A DNA stretch of 64,000 nt from Octopus sinensis. Taxonomy: Eukaryota. The stretch is from positions 81,654,001 to 81,718,000 of the forward strand of contig NC_042997.1 of NCBI RefSeq assembly GCF_006345805.1, given 5' to 3'. Shown here one piece after another: positions 24,401 to 39,441 of this stretch. The first letter of the stretch is position 1, and every line of letters begins with the position of its first letter. The notes below the pieces were generated by a model. It saw only the letters and a list, made by a program, of their open reading frames with translations, was not told where the DNA came from and did not search any database. The translations under genes were made by a program, and so were the position numbers.

Positions 24401-26179
24401 GATACATATCTACCTTTTCGATACAATCTGCGTTTTCCACAAGATGTCGCTCATGACTGGGTTAATCATTAAAAAAGAAATATATATATACGCTGCACAC
24501 CACGCGAAAGTGGCACCCAAAGTTTTTGTTTTTGTTTCAAGGCTAGATTTACAACCGTGCATATAGAGAAGCTGAACTAGCATCCCACAAAGAGGACATG
24601 CATTCAATAAATAAATATGTGTGTAAGTGTACACACTCCCAATAAGACTATCAACAATAACTCATAACCTTGACACAAGGACTAATATTTGGAGTAATAA
24701 GTTGATTAAATCGACTTTAATACTTGTCTGTTACTTTATTTTATCAACTGGAAAAGTTGTACAGAAGAGCTGATGTCGGATGAGATTTGAACACCAAAAT
24801 CATAGTGCTGAAATAAATACCCTAATGGTTTTTGTCCGAGGTTCTAATAATTTTGCCAACCTGCCATCCGATAGTGGTTCCAAATTTTTGGCACACAGTC
24901 AGCAATGGAAAGAGAAAGTAAGTCGAATACATTGATTCCTGCGTTCAGCTGGTACTTATTTTATTGAGCCCGAAAAGGACGAAAGGTAAAGCCTACCTCG
25001 ACGGTATTTGAACTCATAACGTCGGAAGATATGCTGCTTAGCATTTTGTCCGCGGCAGTTACGATTCTGCCAGCTCGCCGCCTTAATTTGCCGTCCGATA
25101 TTAACAGATTACTATTCATATTATTATAGTATCAAACTGTAAAACATGGAGCAATTTCAGAGGTTCATTGTGCCATGAGTCAATGACAGTTGATCAAAGA
25201 CTACAATAAATAAAATACAAAACGTTTCTAAGTATATTAGAAAAACTCAAAAAGAGATGAAAGAAGTAACTATATTGAGAAATAATGTTTATCGCCACTT
25301 AAACGTGACTGTTCCGTAGGAACTGACGTTACTGCTATTTTTAACCTTGGGAGGATGCCTCCTCCAGATGGTTATTTGATATAAGTATAAAGTTATAAAT
25401 AGGCAACAACAAGCGCTATGTTGTATTGTTTGATCCATGTATGTTGAAATGTTATGTATTTTCAAAGTGAGAGACCAGTGGAATAAACACGTTTTATTTC
25501 ATAGAAATACTGATGTTTCTTTACTAAAACTATTTTCAAAAAAATTGCACTAACATCGATTTCTCTAGAAGGTATTCTGTATTTGCATTTTTTTTGACAC
25601 CATTGTTTTAAAAAGTAATTTTTAAAAATTGTTGAAAATTCGCATATTTTCTTGTCCAAGTGATAAAATAGAACTTGATTATATTTCTTACGACTATATA
25701 GTGTCATGTAAAATTTTCAAAAAAGATTATATTTAGAATAATTGTGAAGTTAGCCAGAGGTGGTGCTTGAAGAAAACTGAATTTTTAATCTGTTATTTCA
25801 CATTCACCACTTAAGTTTTAATTTAAGGGTCAACTGGAACATTGTTAGGCTGTGTTTAGGACATTTAGTCCCTTGCAACGCACTTGATGTGCTTTCAACA
25901 TTGCTCAACCCACTTTCGCTGTTAAATATATTGTTGAATATAATACTACACCTGTCTAACTCCTCATTAACTTTGGACATTTGTGTTCACAAAGTACCAT
26001 CAATGTAACAAGCTCTATAGCCTTATTTTTGTGATTCAAAAGAGTGACCAGTTGTATATTTGGTCTTTTCAAGCGTGTGCAAAAAAAAAAAAAACTAGTG
26101 CAAAATGTTAGCTAAGAAAGCCTGAGCACTTATAATTAGCCATTCATGATATTCTAAAGATTAAATAGTAAAAATACAA

Positions 26180-26580
26180 GCGCACGAGTAGCTGTGTGGT
26201 TAAGAATCTCGTTTTCTGACCATGTAAGTCTTGGGTTCAGGCCTATTGTACGGCACCTTAGGTAAGACTCTTCTATTGTAGCCTCGGGCCGACCAAAGCC
26301 TTATGAGTGGATTTGGTAGACAGAAACTGAAAGACGTTCGTTGTGTGTGTGTAGGTATGTGTGACCGTATGTGCGTCTTTGTGTTTGTTTCCCCACCATT
26401 TGACAACTGGTGTTGCTTTCTTTACGTTCCCGAAACTTAGCGATTCGGCAAAAATAACCGATAGAATATGTACCTGACTTTAAAAAAAGTGCTGGGGTCG
26501 ATTTGATTGACTGAGTCCTTCAAGGTGATGCCCCAGCGTGGTTGCTGTCTGATGACGGAAGCAAGCAAAAGATAAAAGAC
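26180..26580 (+). mobile_element. tRNA-derived SINE
   Basis: Same family as 172-615. Confidence 0.8.
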
Positions 26581-26593
26581 ACACACACACACA

Positions 26594-28113
26594 CCGTATA
26601 TCCCGGCGTACAGGGCGGAATTTGAACTTTTAAAAAATCACCTCAAAACTAGGTATCGTCTGATATACCCCGTATAAAATCTGAACCATAACTTCCTGTG
26701 GTTTAGAGTAGCACCAATGTCAATGGAGAACAGTGTAAAGCACGCGCATAGATCCTATGGTTCTACAGCGTGGATTTTCTACTGATACTTACACGTATGT
26801 TTGCAAAGCTGGATTAATACTATTGATTTAATCGTAAGATTATATTAAAATAACAGCCCAGCAAACTTAGCGGAAGGACACCAGTCGCTATTTGCAACAG
26901 CTGACGAACAGAAAATGTAAACAATCAGCCCATTCAGCTGGGTCCTAGGGTCCGTTCTGTTTACACTGCCTCGTTAGAACGCTCTCATAGAACACCCAGC
27001 CAGTCGAGGGCTTTCAGAAAAAGTGTAGTTTACGGTAAGTAACCGATCTGTTACGGTGGATTAGCCGTATGTACTGTGACTGGCCAGTTCATGTCAGTCA
27101 GACCAGTCCCAATAAACCTTACAGTATAAGTTACTTTTAAATATTTACTGACAAGGTTTCCTGAAAAGGCTCAAGTTGTCACTCTTCCATTAGCAGCAGT
27201 ACTCTCACTAGGTGAACATAAATAAGGTGGCGAGCTGGCAGAAACGTTAGCACGCCGGGCGAAATGCGTAACCGTATTTCGTCTGGCATAACGTCCTGAG
27301 TTCAAATTCCGCCGAAGTCGACTTTACCTTTCATCCTTTCGGGGTCGATAAATTAAGTACCAGTTACGCACTGGGGTCGATGTAATCGACTTAATCCGTT
27401 TGTCTGTCCTTGTGTACCCTTTGTGGGTAGTAAAGAAATAGGTATTTCGTTTGCCGTTACGTTCTGAGTTCAAATTCTGCTGGGGTCGACTTTGCCTTTC
27501 ATCCTTTCGGGATCGATAAATAAAGTACCAGTTGCGCACTGGGGTCGATCTAATAGAGTGGCCCCTCCCCCCAAATTTCGGGCCTTGTGCCTAGAGTAGA
27601 AAAGATTAATTTCCAGCAACTATAAAACCCCTCATGGCTCCAAGTGATAAACGAAGGAAATATGAAGCTGGTTTTAAGCTGAAAGTCCCACAACAGCTCT
27701 GCTGCTGCGAGAGAATATGGTGAAACCGAGAAGATGGTAAGAGTTTGGAGATTAAAGAAAGATTTCTTAAGAAGTATTATAGTAGGTAATTTACAATATC
27801 TGGACACTTTTTGAAAAGAACTGGATAAATTTTAAACGGCCAAGACTGTAGAATTGTTGCATACAAAGTTTACTGATTGAAACATAGTTAAAATGCTATT
27901 GAAACACAAGAAAAGCAGAGGCTTTATGGGCTGCTGGGGAAGCTACAGCTCACCCAACCCATTTAGCTATGAACCTCGCGGCTTCGGCACTCGAACTATT
28001 TTCCACGAAACCTGAAGTTGTCTTATATAGCAAGTACAGTTCAAAACTCACTTTTCAATGGAAATCCTGGGAGTTGTCTTGTACATACAGTCGTATTACA
28101 CGCCGGCATATAC

Positions 28114-28115
<2 letters not shown>
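26594..28115 (+). mobile_element. Non-autonomous pogo/Tigger-like DNA transposon with nested SINEs (27226-27605)
   Basis: TIRs CCGTATATCCCGGCGT / ACGCCGGCATATACGG + TA. Transposase N-terminus from 27634: MAPSDKRRKYEAGFKLKV..NSSAAAREYGETEKMVRVWR (Brinker-type HTH). Confidence 0.75.
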
Positions 28116-28157
<42 letters not shown>

Positions 28158-28288
28158 CAAATTGAGATAGGGGTTGTAAATGTCTCATTTATATCTATAT
28201 ATTGACCTGCCATAAAGGGCTAATATTGGTAAAATGAGACATACTTATCTACATGGCCGAAACAGCTGTAAGATATAATCTATACTTA

Positions 28289-29559
28289 CGAGGGGCGTTC
28301 AATAAGTAATGCCCCTGACCCACTTCCCATAGCAGTAGAGCAACGACACTTGGCACAGTTATTAGTCTTTTCCTACATAGGAACTACCCAGAGTTATGCA
28401 TTTCTCCCATCGTTTGATACAGCTCTGGAGACCGTTTTTGTAGAAGACCCCCAGCTTGGTCCTCCAACCACGACGTGACTTCAGAAATCAAGGCTGCATC
28501 ATCTGGGAAACGCTTTCCTTTCAAAATCAACTTCATGGCTGGGAAGAGGTGAAAATCAGAGGGTGCAAGGGGAGAAGTTCATAGCCATACGCCTGTGCTT
28601 CTGATCTGGCGACACGCGAGTTGTGGACCGGAGCGTTGTCCTGCAGGAGGAGGATGCCTTTGCTGATCTTGCCCCGCCTCTTGATTTTGATAGCTTCTCT
28701 TAATTTCCTCAAAAGTGAAGCATAATAGGCTCCTGTAATTGTGGTACCCTTTGCCAGGAAATCTGTCATCACTACTCCGTCCTGGTCCCAGAAGACTGTG
28801 AGCATAACCTTGCCAGCGGAGGGCTGCACCCTTGCCTTCTTTGGAGGAGGTGAGTCACGGTGCTTTCACTGCATTGACTGGGCTTTGGTCTATGGATCAT
28901 AGTGATTGACCCAGGTTTTATCCTGTGTGATCAGTCTTTTGAAAAATTTTGACTTATCTTCTTGGCACATCTCCAAATTCATCCTCGAGCACTCAACGCG
29001 TTCTTGCTTCTGGAAAGGTGTGAGCAACCTGGAAATCCATCTGGCAGACACCTTTTGCATATGCAAATGGTCATGAATGATAGTTTCCACAGACCCGGTA
29101 CTAATCTTGACCTTATGGGCTATTTGGCGAATAGTTATGCGTTGACCTTCCAAAATGGCAGCCTCAACTTGACGGACAGACGTCTCATCAACGGCAGAAG
29201 GGGGCGACCAGATCTGGGAGCTGTTTCCACAGAGTTCCGTCTATGTTTGAATTCACAATGCCAGCATTTTACAAGGTCATATGATGGGGCATCATCACCA
29301 TAAGTTACTTTCATTTCATCAAAAGTCTCCCGTGGTGTGCGTCCTTTCAAATACAAAAACCGGATCACTGCTCGACACTCAACAGGCTCCATTTCATACT
29401 TGACTCAGTTCAAACACATGTAAATCAGAAACCACAATTAGTTCAGAGCTGTAATTCGCCACTTAATCTATAGAGGTATAAATAAGTGCACATGCAAAAT
29501 TTCAGCTAGATCAAACAACTGCAAGTGGGTCAGGGGCATTACATATTGAACGCCCCTCG
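28289..29559 (-). mobile_element. Full-length but inactivated mariner transposon (irritans/Himar-like)
   Basis: ~37-bp TIRs CGAGGGGCGTTCAATAAGTAATGCCCCTGACCCACTT flanked by TA. Transposase pieces RAVIRFLYLKG, ARWISRLL, TQDKTWVNHYDP, AGKVMLTVFWD, LLQDNAPVH with frameshifts and stops. Confidence 0.95.
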
Positions 29560-30585
29560 TATATTTATATTTACTTATATTTATATTCTCTTTTATATAT
29601 ATTCTACTTATTATACAACATTACTTTTTTATGTACATTCATTTATGTACACTGATTTGTTCTGCTTTTATATCTAACCCTACAGTCTCTTATGTGGTGG
29701 TTTAATAAAGTATGTGATTGAATATTATCTGGTAATTGATATTTGATTTAGATGTATTTCTCCATTTTCTTATCTTGTATATATATATATATATATACAC
29801 CTTCCACCCTCACACTCATAAGTATGTGTATCTATCTGCTTAGTCAACAGTCTGTGTTGAACGGAATAACGCATTACGATGGAGTACAGACAGCCAGACA
29901 AAATTGACATTACGGAATATTATACTCGTTACCGCATGTAGATGCACTATACTCTAACCCAAATGATTGTCAACTATACTCTAACCCAAATGATTGTCAA
30001 CTAATGAATAACGCGCAGAGATTCTTAAAAATTATGCATGGCATAACGAATCTGCACACAGATTTTTAAACATTATATGATATAAACTACAAATAATAAA
30101 ATTGTTTTAAAACAGACATAGATTGCATGCGTTGCTAAATCATACGCATACGTCGGTGAAGTGCTCAAAAGAAATCAATTTTTCTAACTATCCTGGCGTC
30201 TACAAACTCACCTCAAAAACATCTAGGCACATCTATGGTTTATACATAGCCCAGTGGTTGAAAATTGCTACTTTTCACATTTCAAATAAAAGATATAAGA
30301 ATCGCATGCATTTTTGCACAATAAAACACACACACACACACACACTCATTTTATTGATTTAGATCCAAAATCATCAAGTTGGAGGGAAGCGGATAAACCG
30401 TCATCTTCAGCCCCACTACACATCCCGATCTCAGAGGAATGAAATGCAATGGTCATCTCTGCAGAATTTGATCTAAGAACGTAAAGAACTGCAAGAAATA
30501 CTAGAAAACACGTTTTTCAACGCTCTAACGATTTTACTAATCTAATCTAATCTAATGTTTATATGTGTGTGTGTGTGTGTGTAAT

Positions 30586-30767
30586 GTTAATTATATGGTC
30601 GGCCATAGAGTGACCAATGGTTTCGCATCTATAAAGCGCTTAGCCTTATAGACGGCTCGACGGACTCTTATACCCGCGGCCTTTAGAGTCCGACGAGCCA
30701 TCTGTGAGGCTAGGCGCTTTATAGATGCGAAATCATTGGTTACTCTATGACTGGCCATATAATTAAC
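30586..30767. repeat. 182-bp palindrome (~83-bp arms), MITE-like or hairpin RNA
   Basis: GTTAATTATATGG...GGACTCT is the near-perfect reverse complement of AGAGTCC...CCATATAATTAAC. Confidence 0.85.
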
Positions 30768-31319
30768 TCCCAATAAATACATTACTGCTCTAACGTTTAA
30801 AGTGTGATTCTTTTTCGGATATATGATCTATTGACGATATATACATATAATTACGTATCATTATATATATATATATATAAGTCCCAAAAATAGAACAAAA
30901 ACGTAACAGACGACAATAAAACATCCCGACAGATAGACGATACAAAGACGGACAGGAAAAAACAAGGACTCTTCATTCGTGGCCTTCTCCCTTCAATCAA
31001 GTTTCCAGGTTATCCTTGCAGTTTCGGCCGGTTACACTTGAAACTGTTCAAATCTGGCTGGCCCTAAAAATCTAAACTAAGAACATTAAATATTTTGGGA
31101 GAAAGCACGTGAATGGACAACAAAGACAAAAAAAAAAAACATACAATAAAACAGAGAAAATGTTACACAAATACAAGCAACAAGAAAATAACAACAGTAG
31201 TTATTTTTCAACTAATAGAGACGAATCAAGTTGAGCTGGCGTGTGTAGAGAGAAAGCCTTGAGGAAGGAACATAGGAGATGAACATATATATATAAGTCA
31301 TATATATATAAATATACAT

Positions 31320-31376
<57 letters not shown>

Positions 31377-31398
31377 TATAAAATTATACATACATATA

Positions 31399-31457
<59 letters not shown>

Positions 31458-31465
31458 ATATATAT

Positions 31466-32168
31466 AATAAAACTTTATATATAAAGAACGTGAAATTCAC
31501 GAATTGACGAACACGGAAAACAGACAGTCATTCAGAGCCTTCATTCTTCAGTCAGAAACCGATTCATCATGGCAAATTTCGGCTGTTTAATTCTGAGATT
31601 TGCTCCAAAACGGCCAGCCCCAAGGAAAAGCTAAGCTATGGGCATTAGATTTCCTTGGTATAAGGAAAGAATGTGACAACAGAGACGAATAGGAAAACAA
31701 GAGACGAAGATAAAATTGGAAACAGTAACGAATAAAAACAGGATTGACAAAATCGGACAAAAACAATTGATCAGCAAGCGTGGGAAGCGGTTACCTTTTC
31801 GGTAGAGAAGACACGTGTAGTACAGGCGGCTGTCACCAATGGAATGGCTTAGTAGCAGCAGGTTGCAAGAAGGTGAGAGAGAAAGAGAGACAGAGAGAGA
31901 GGGGATTAAGGAGGGTCGAGAACAGAAGCAATGACCAAGAGAGAGAGAAAGAAAGAATTAAAGAGGATGAGAGGAAGAGGCGCCAAAATAACTTGGTAAA
32001 GAAGCGCCAAAATATCTTGAGGAAGAAGCAATGGCGAATGGGAAAGTTGAAAGTTGAAGAAGTCGTGCAATGGTGGAGATATGACAAACATAAATGGATT
32101 GGTGCACGTACGCTGCGATAATATAGAATAAAACTTTATATATAAAGAACGTGAAATTCACGAATTGA
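31466..32168. mobile_element. Terminally redundant repeat element inserted in (TA)n, probably Penelope-like
   Basis: Identical 42-bp direct repeats at 31466-31507 and 32127-32168. A related decayed copy lies at ~30880-31280. Confidence 0.5.
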
Positions 32169-32886
32169 TATATACATACATACACACACACACACACTCA
32201 CACACATATATATATATATAATACATATATATATATATATATAGTTCAAATTTATAGAAAACAAAAGACGAAGACAGATGAGGGAACAACAAGCAGGTGT
32301 GTTAGTTTTATACTCGGGAAGAAGGAAAAAGACTTTGATATTTGAGCCTATGCTCTTCGACAAAAAGAATTGGGAGGGGTAAAAATGGAGAGAGAGCGAA
32401 GAAAACGGAGGGTTATATTTATGGATAGGTCCTAAACTTTTATTACTTGATTATTTGGCAGTTTAGGTCCTTGACTCTGCTTTACCTTTCTCCCCTTCAG
32501 CATCAAAATGACTAAATTTCATGCCCATGTCATTACTGAAAATTCTTACCGTGTCCACCATACACATACACACGTATGCATACACACATGAAAATGCACA
32601 AACATGCACATACATACACATGCGCGCGCATGCATATACAGTTATTGTTGCCTAAAGTGAAATTTAACAATTCGACAAATATACTTCGGTAATATAAAAA
32701 AAATATATAGGTATATGTGTTGTGCATGTGCATATATTTATATATTTTAACATACTTACAGGCATAGGTTTAATTTAGAATATACATATTATAAACGCTA
32801 TACCATGCAAGGTGTTGTTCTCTTAATCATGTTAATGAGGATTGTTTTTAACCTACGTGGAATAACAACTCAGAAAATATATGATA

Positions 32887-32932
<46 letters not shown>

Positions 32933-33789
32933 CAACGACGACATCGATGATGATAATGGTGATGGTGGTAGTAATGATTATGATGACACGACGACTACGA
33001 TGATGATAATAACTATTATTAGAACCATAGTGGTTGTTGTAGTGGTAGATGTGAGATAGTGGTGGTAGCAGCGATCGTTTTACAATAACTGAGATGATTT
33101 GCTTACTAAAGGATCTGCAAACAAACACTGTCTATGTTGCTACCCAATCTATTTACATTTAAAAAAAAATAATTTCTTTCCTTCTCTTTTTTTCCTCTCC
33201 TCGAGCAAATAATCCGCCCAATGGTAATATAAATGGCTACAGAAGATTTCAATCATTAAGAAATTAAAAATAATAACCCTGATAATTTTAGGAGAGGTGT
33301 GGCTGTAAAATCTGTGAGTTCTTTATCGGACTGATTTTTCAATTATAAAATATTTTATCACCTATCGATTAACGATTTCATCTTCACCTTCTACAAGAAG
33401 AAAAAATTATTTATGTAATGATCCACTTTTAATTATTACATTGGGGAACGAACATCTTATTTGCATTGATACTGGCTCTTGTTCTAACCCTATTTCAATG
33501 TGCTGAATTCAAATCTGAAGCTCAGACGTCTTTGTAATTCAAATTTTTCATTCTTTACAAAATTACGACACCTTTTGCATAAATCTATGTTTTAGCTAAG
33601 GAATTTATGGTCATACTATCTTAAACCAACCACTTAAGAAAAAAAAAAATAGGATTCTCAACAGCGTTTAAATTCATTACAATATATATTAAAGCTTAAA
33701 ATAAAGTCGAGAAACGACTAATGAAATTTTTAAAAAGCTGAAATTGTTTCTATTCTGGCAACAAATCTTGTTTGTAGCTTTTGGGTTTA

Positions 33790-35574
33790 TAGACTTTGTG
33801 AGAGTCATCTCGTTTGAAACTTACGCAGTCGTCCACCATCATATGTCTTCCAGTGCCCTTGATAATGCTCTTCCATCGTCATAAAGTCTTGATGGAAGCG
33901 CTCTCCCTGTTCATTACTTACTACTCCAACGTTCTAGGAGAAATGGTGACGATAACTAACTAACTAACTAACTAACTAACTAGGAAATGAAATTTGACAT
34001 TCATGTTGCATCAAAGATCGCGAAAAGCCAACCGTATTTCAGCAACTAAAATCTGCACTTTGTTACCAAGAAAGTTTTTTCTAAAACGTCCATGAATATC
34101 AGCCACGCTATTTTTTCCTTGTCATTCATCTTTCTGACAAATTCCTTATCATATACAAGGTCTATCAATTACGCCCGCTTTGACTTTTTCGAGAGAAAGC
34201 AGGAAAAACAGAAACTGTGTACTTAAAGCATTCACTGTCAGTACTCAGTGCCTTGACAAAATGCTTCATCAAGGCAAGCTTTAAATGAATGGGAAAGAAA
34301 ATGATATTCTCTTGGCTGACGATCGGGTCATTCACAATCTTTGGCATGCCTGCTTTCAGAGTTTCACGGATGAAGCGTTCCTTCTTGGTCCTTCTAGGTC
34401 TCGAGTTCGACTGTCCAACACGCAGAGATAACATGAAAACTTAGTGAGACCGTTCTGTCGTCCGAGGAGAAAGTGGTGCATCAAGTTGTACTTGTGATAT
34501 TTGAGTAAGTGAATGACCATTTTTATGTTGTCATGGGTTTCTTGCAAATACTCCGAGTGATTAACTGGAACTGTGCCAAAAACATTATCATTATGCCAAA
34601 GAAAATACTTGAGACTGTGCTTAAAACACAATTCAAAAACTATCTCTATTCCGTAGGGCTATCCTGGACAACGCCAAACTGTTTGAGAAGGCCTGGGATA
34701 CTGTGGCAGTAAACAAATTGCTTGTCTTCTGAAAACAGGTTCACAAAAATCTGCTCTTGTATTCTGAAATGAGACTTTTGCAGAGCTTTCAATATTTTTT
34801 TCCATTTAGCCTGGAGGCTAACAATTCCGTTACTTTCTTGAAGAGTGCCAAATCACATGTTACGCCATTTAGTTCTGTTTGACTTGAATGAAGAGAGGCT
34901 GATGATTGTTTGGCGTTAGATGAGTCTTCGGAATCTCAGACCATTTCTTCAAACTTCTGATCAGATTTGCAGCTTTCACTTTCAGAGGAGGCATAACCAT
35001 TAAAATCTGGAACTGGGAGTCTCTCATAATGAAGAGTAGATCGAATTTCGAGGGAATGCTTGGATAGGTTTTGTATTCCAATACTTTTAGTGTTAACCAG
35101 CCAAAAATAGTTGTCGCCAAAACATAAGGACTCCAAAAGGTAGACCTTTTCGTTTTCCTTTTGTCCAGTCACGAAGAATTTTCTCACAATTATGACACAC
35201 AATATGCAGAGATCACTTCTTGTCTTAGTCATAATGGTGAACGTCAAAATAAAATTTATAGGTACATCTCACAAATTTTGTTATATTACGCTTTTGACGG
35301 ACAGCTGTGTAGCAGCCACAAAATGCATTGGAATCATATATGCATTTATGTCTACTTGAAGAAATATATATATTTAGAAGAAAATATATATTTATATATT
35401 AGTTCTCTACAAATGTACCGATTTTGAAAAAAATCATATATTTCAGATTGCATAAAAACTAATGCATGCAGACAAAAACCGATTTTAAATTTGAAACAAG
35501 TGTTGCAAAGTTACTTAGAATTAGCTGAAAACTCCCATGTAATAGAAAATGAGAAAAAAAATTATTCGCTAGTG
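33790..35574 (-). mobile_element. Decayed CMC/Chapaev-3-like DNA transposon
   Basis: Transposase remnants IFFPIHLKLALMKHFVKAL, FWLVNTK and EQGERFHQDFMTMEEHYQGHW. Minus-strand terminus TAA|CACTAG at 35574. Left end not found. Confidence 0.65.
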
Positions 35575-36171
35575 TTATTTTTCGTTTTACATTTGTCCAT
35601 GGTCCACATGCATTTAATATGTCTTACGTGTAAAAATATCCCCCTGGATTCGTAGCCAACACTCGAAAACTCAGCCTTCACGTTGATTTCTATTGCTCTT
35701 GGAATTTGCATTTAGAATTTATTGGTTCACCCAATCAAATTCCCCACCATCTTAAATGAGACAGAATTTAATCTTGACAGCCATTCCATTCTATTGTCAA
35801 TGACTTGTTCAACTTTGGCACAGGTATAAATTCAAGACACCTGTCGAAAAATCTTTCTCTTTGCTTCGCAACTTTCAGCGAGTTAACTGCCCCCTTTCTC
35901 TCTATCTTTGTTCTTTTTTTATTTCTTACTCTGCCACTCGCAGACAGTTAATTTATTATCAATGGTAAATTCCCACGAGTACCACATCAACTTAGTGGCA
36001 GCTTGCTACAAGAGATTCTCAAAGTTGAAAAAGACATAAGACAAAAAGATGTAAGTTGAGGTGCGACTTTAGTTAAAATAGGCTTAAAGGGGTTCTCTCC
36101 CCTCAGAGGTAAAAACGTTTAATTCGTTTTACACCAGCTATATGTGTGTGTGTGTGCGCGCGCGCGCACAT

Positions 36172-36855
36172 GATGCAATGGGTAAATTGTTGCCATTTTA
36201 TATTTTTGATTTCGCGCATGCGCATTGTTTGCTTTTGATTTTGTCGATTACACGATATAGTAGGGTTAATTGGGCGCCATCTGTGAGAAAAACAGCACCA
36301 TGACGCAATTCCCACAGCCAGAAATTTGGAAAGGACATGCTGTACTGCTTGGCATTCGCGCCGGAAGCTCCATTACAAACATTTCAGAGTGTTTGTGTGT
36401 CAATCTGAGGACAGTGCAATCTGAGGACATGTACCGAGTGTGATAAAAATCAAACATCCAGTTAACATCCAGTCAACATTTAGAGTGATCACTAGTGATG
36501 GCAATGTTATGCTTCCATTCATCTTCCCACATGGCTTCAGACTGAACATGGAGGCCTACATCAACTGCCTGAAGGAGGTACTGCTTCCCTGGGTAAAGAG
36601 GTTGGCTGCTGGAAGATTCTGTGTCTGGTAACAGGACTTTGCACCATGCTACACAAGCAGGAGAACGCAATCATAGCTGTCATACAAATTCTGCGACTAC
36701 ATCACCCCTAACATCTGGCCACCTAACTCCCCAGACTGCAACCCCCTTGATTATTATGTGTAGGGTGCAGTTGAGCGAGAGACCAACAAAACGCCTTGTA
36801 ACACCAAAGATGAACTAAAGGCAAGAATTATGGCGACACTCACCAACTTAAACAC
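36172..36855 (+). mobile_element. Tc1/mariner-superfamily (maT/DD37D-like) transposon fragment
   Basis: ITSDGNVMLPFIFPHG, VW*QDFAPCYTS and WPPNSPDCNPLDYYV*GAVE. Confidence 0.8.
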
Positions 36856-36859
36856 GATT

Positions 36860-37082
36860 TTACTTGTCTCAGTCACTAAACTGCAGCCATGCAGGGGCGT
36901 AGCCTTAAATAATTTTTAGTTGAATGAATCGACCCCAGTACTTTTTTTAAAAGCCTGGTACTTATTCTATCGATATCTTTTGCCGAACCGCTAAGTTACG
37001 AGGACGTAAACACATCTATACCAGTTGTCAAGCGGTAGTGGGGCCAGACACAAACGCATTGGTGTGTGTGCGCGCGCGCGCG

Positions 37083-37164
<82 letters not shown>

Positions 37165-37305
37165 TTCCGTCTATCAAAACCACTCACAAAGCTTTGATCG
37201 GCTTGAAGCTATTGTAGACATCACTTGTCGAAGGTGTCACGTAGAGGAACTGAACCTGGAACCATGAGGTTGGGAAGCAAGCTTCTTACCACACAGCCAT
37301 GCCTG
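36860..37305 (-). mobile_element. tRNA-derived SINE with internal (TG)n
   Basis: Same family as 10210-10692. Confidence 0.8.
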
Positions 37306-38137
37306 TTTGAAAAAATATTCTGAAGAATATTTCGTACAATGACGTCTATGTAAGTTCATCATAAACAAAATGTATAGATTATGGACATAATATGGTTGGA
37401 AGGGATAATGCATATATTTAGACACTGGTGCAAAGCGGGTTGTTGTTTAGTTGAAATGTCAAGTCGGCTGACGTATTATTATTGGGGAGAAACAAGGAGC
37501 GCTTCTAATATCCTACGAGAATCGTTTTCCGTATTTAAATAAAGAGAGGGAGAGAGAGGACGGAAAGAGAGGGAAGTGAGAAAGAGCGAGAAAGAAAAAG
37601 AGAGGAGAAAGCGAGAGAATGAGAAAAAGAAAGAAAGAAAGAAAAAGAAAGAAAGTAAGAAAGAAAGAATATAGCCTTTATCCAAAGTTTGAAGACCAAC
37701 TACAACTATGTATGTAAAATGCGCCAGTCAGAATTCCTACTCTTTGAAAATAGAAACATGCGTAATTCAATAAGTCCTGTCGAGGTCAACAACACTTTCA
37801 AGTACCGTGATCAATGTAATCGATTAACACTGATGTACCCCAGACTTCTCCAAGCAAGAGACAGCGATTGAATTTCAAAAGTTTCTTGGTGCTAAATGCG
37901 CTTTAAGGACGGATGAGTGTGTATAAACCTCAAGACGCACAGCATTATCGGAAAGTGCAACGATTCCCAGGAATGCCAAGTAAATATACACTCATAGCTC
38001 GGTACAGCTGCAGAAAACAGTGTTACTGGGGACAGCTAGGATACTTAGGAGGGTTCTTGGCATCTAAGGTTCCTTGTTGTAGACCGATGTTAGGATTTTT
38101 CTTTTCCAACAGTCTAATCTGTTGTGTGCATATGAAA

Positions 38138-38305
<168 letters not shown>

Positions 38306-38319
38306 AAAACAAAACAAAA

Positions 38320-39441
<1,122 letters not shown>

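Noticed and set aside
29946-30003. ~29-bp direct tandem duplication
   Set aside because: Ordinary local slippage duplication with no further structure.
31515-31560. Hammerhead-like CTGAAGA...GAATGACTGTC on the minus strand (similar hints at ~32330-32365)
   Set aside because: GAAA box and stem II are not intact. Too degenerate to call from single copies.
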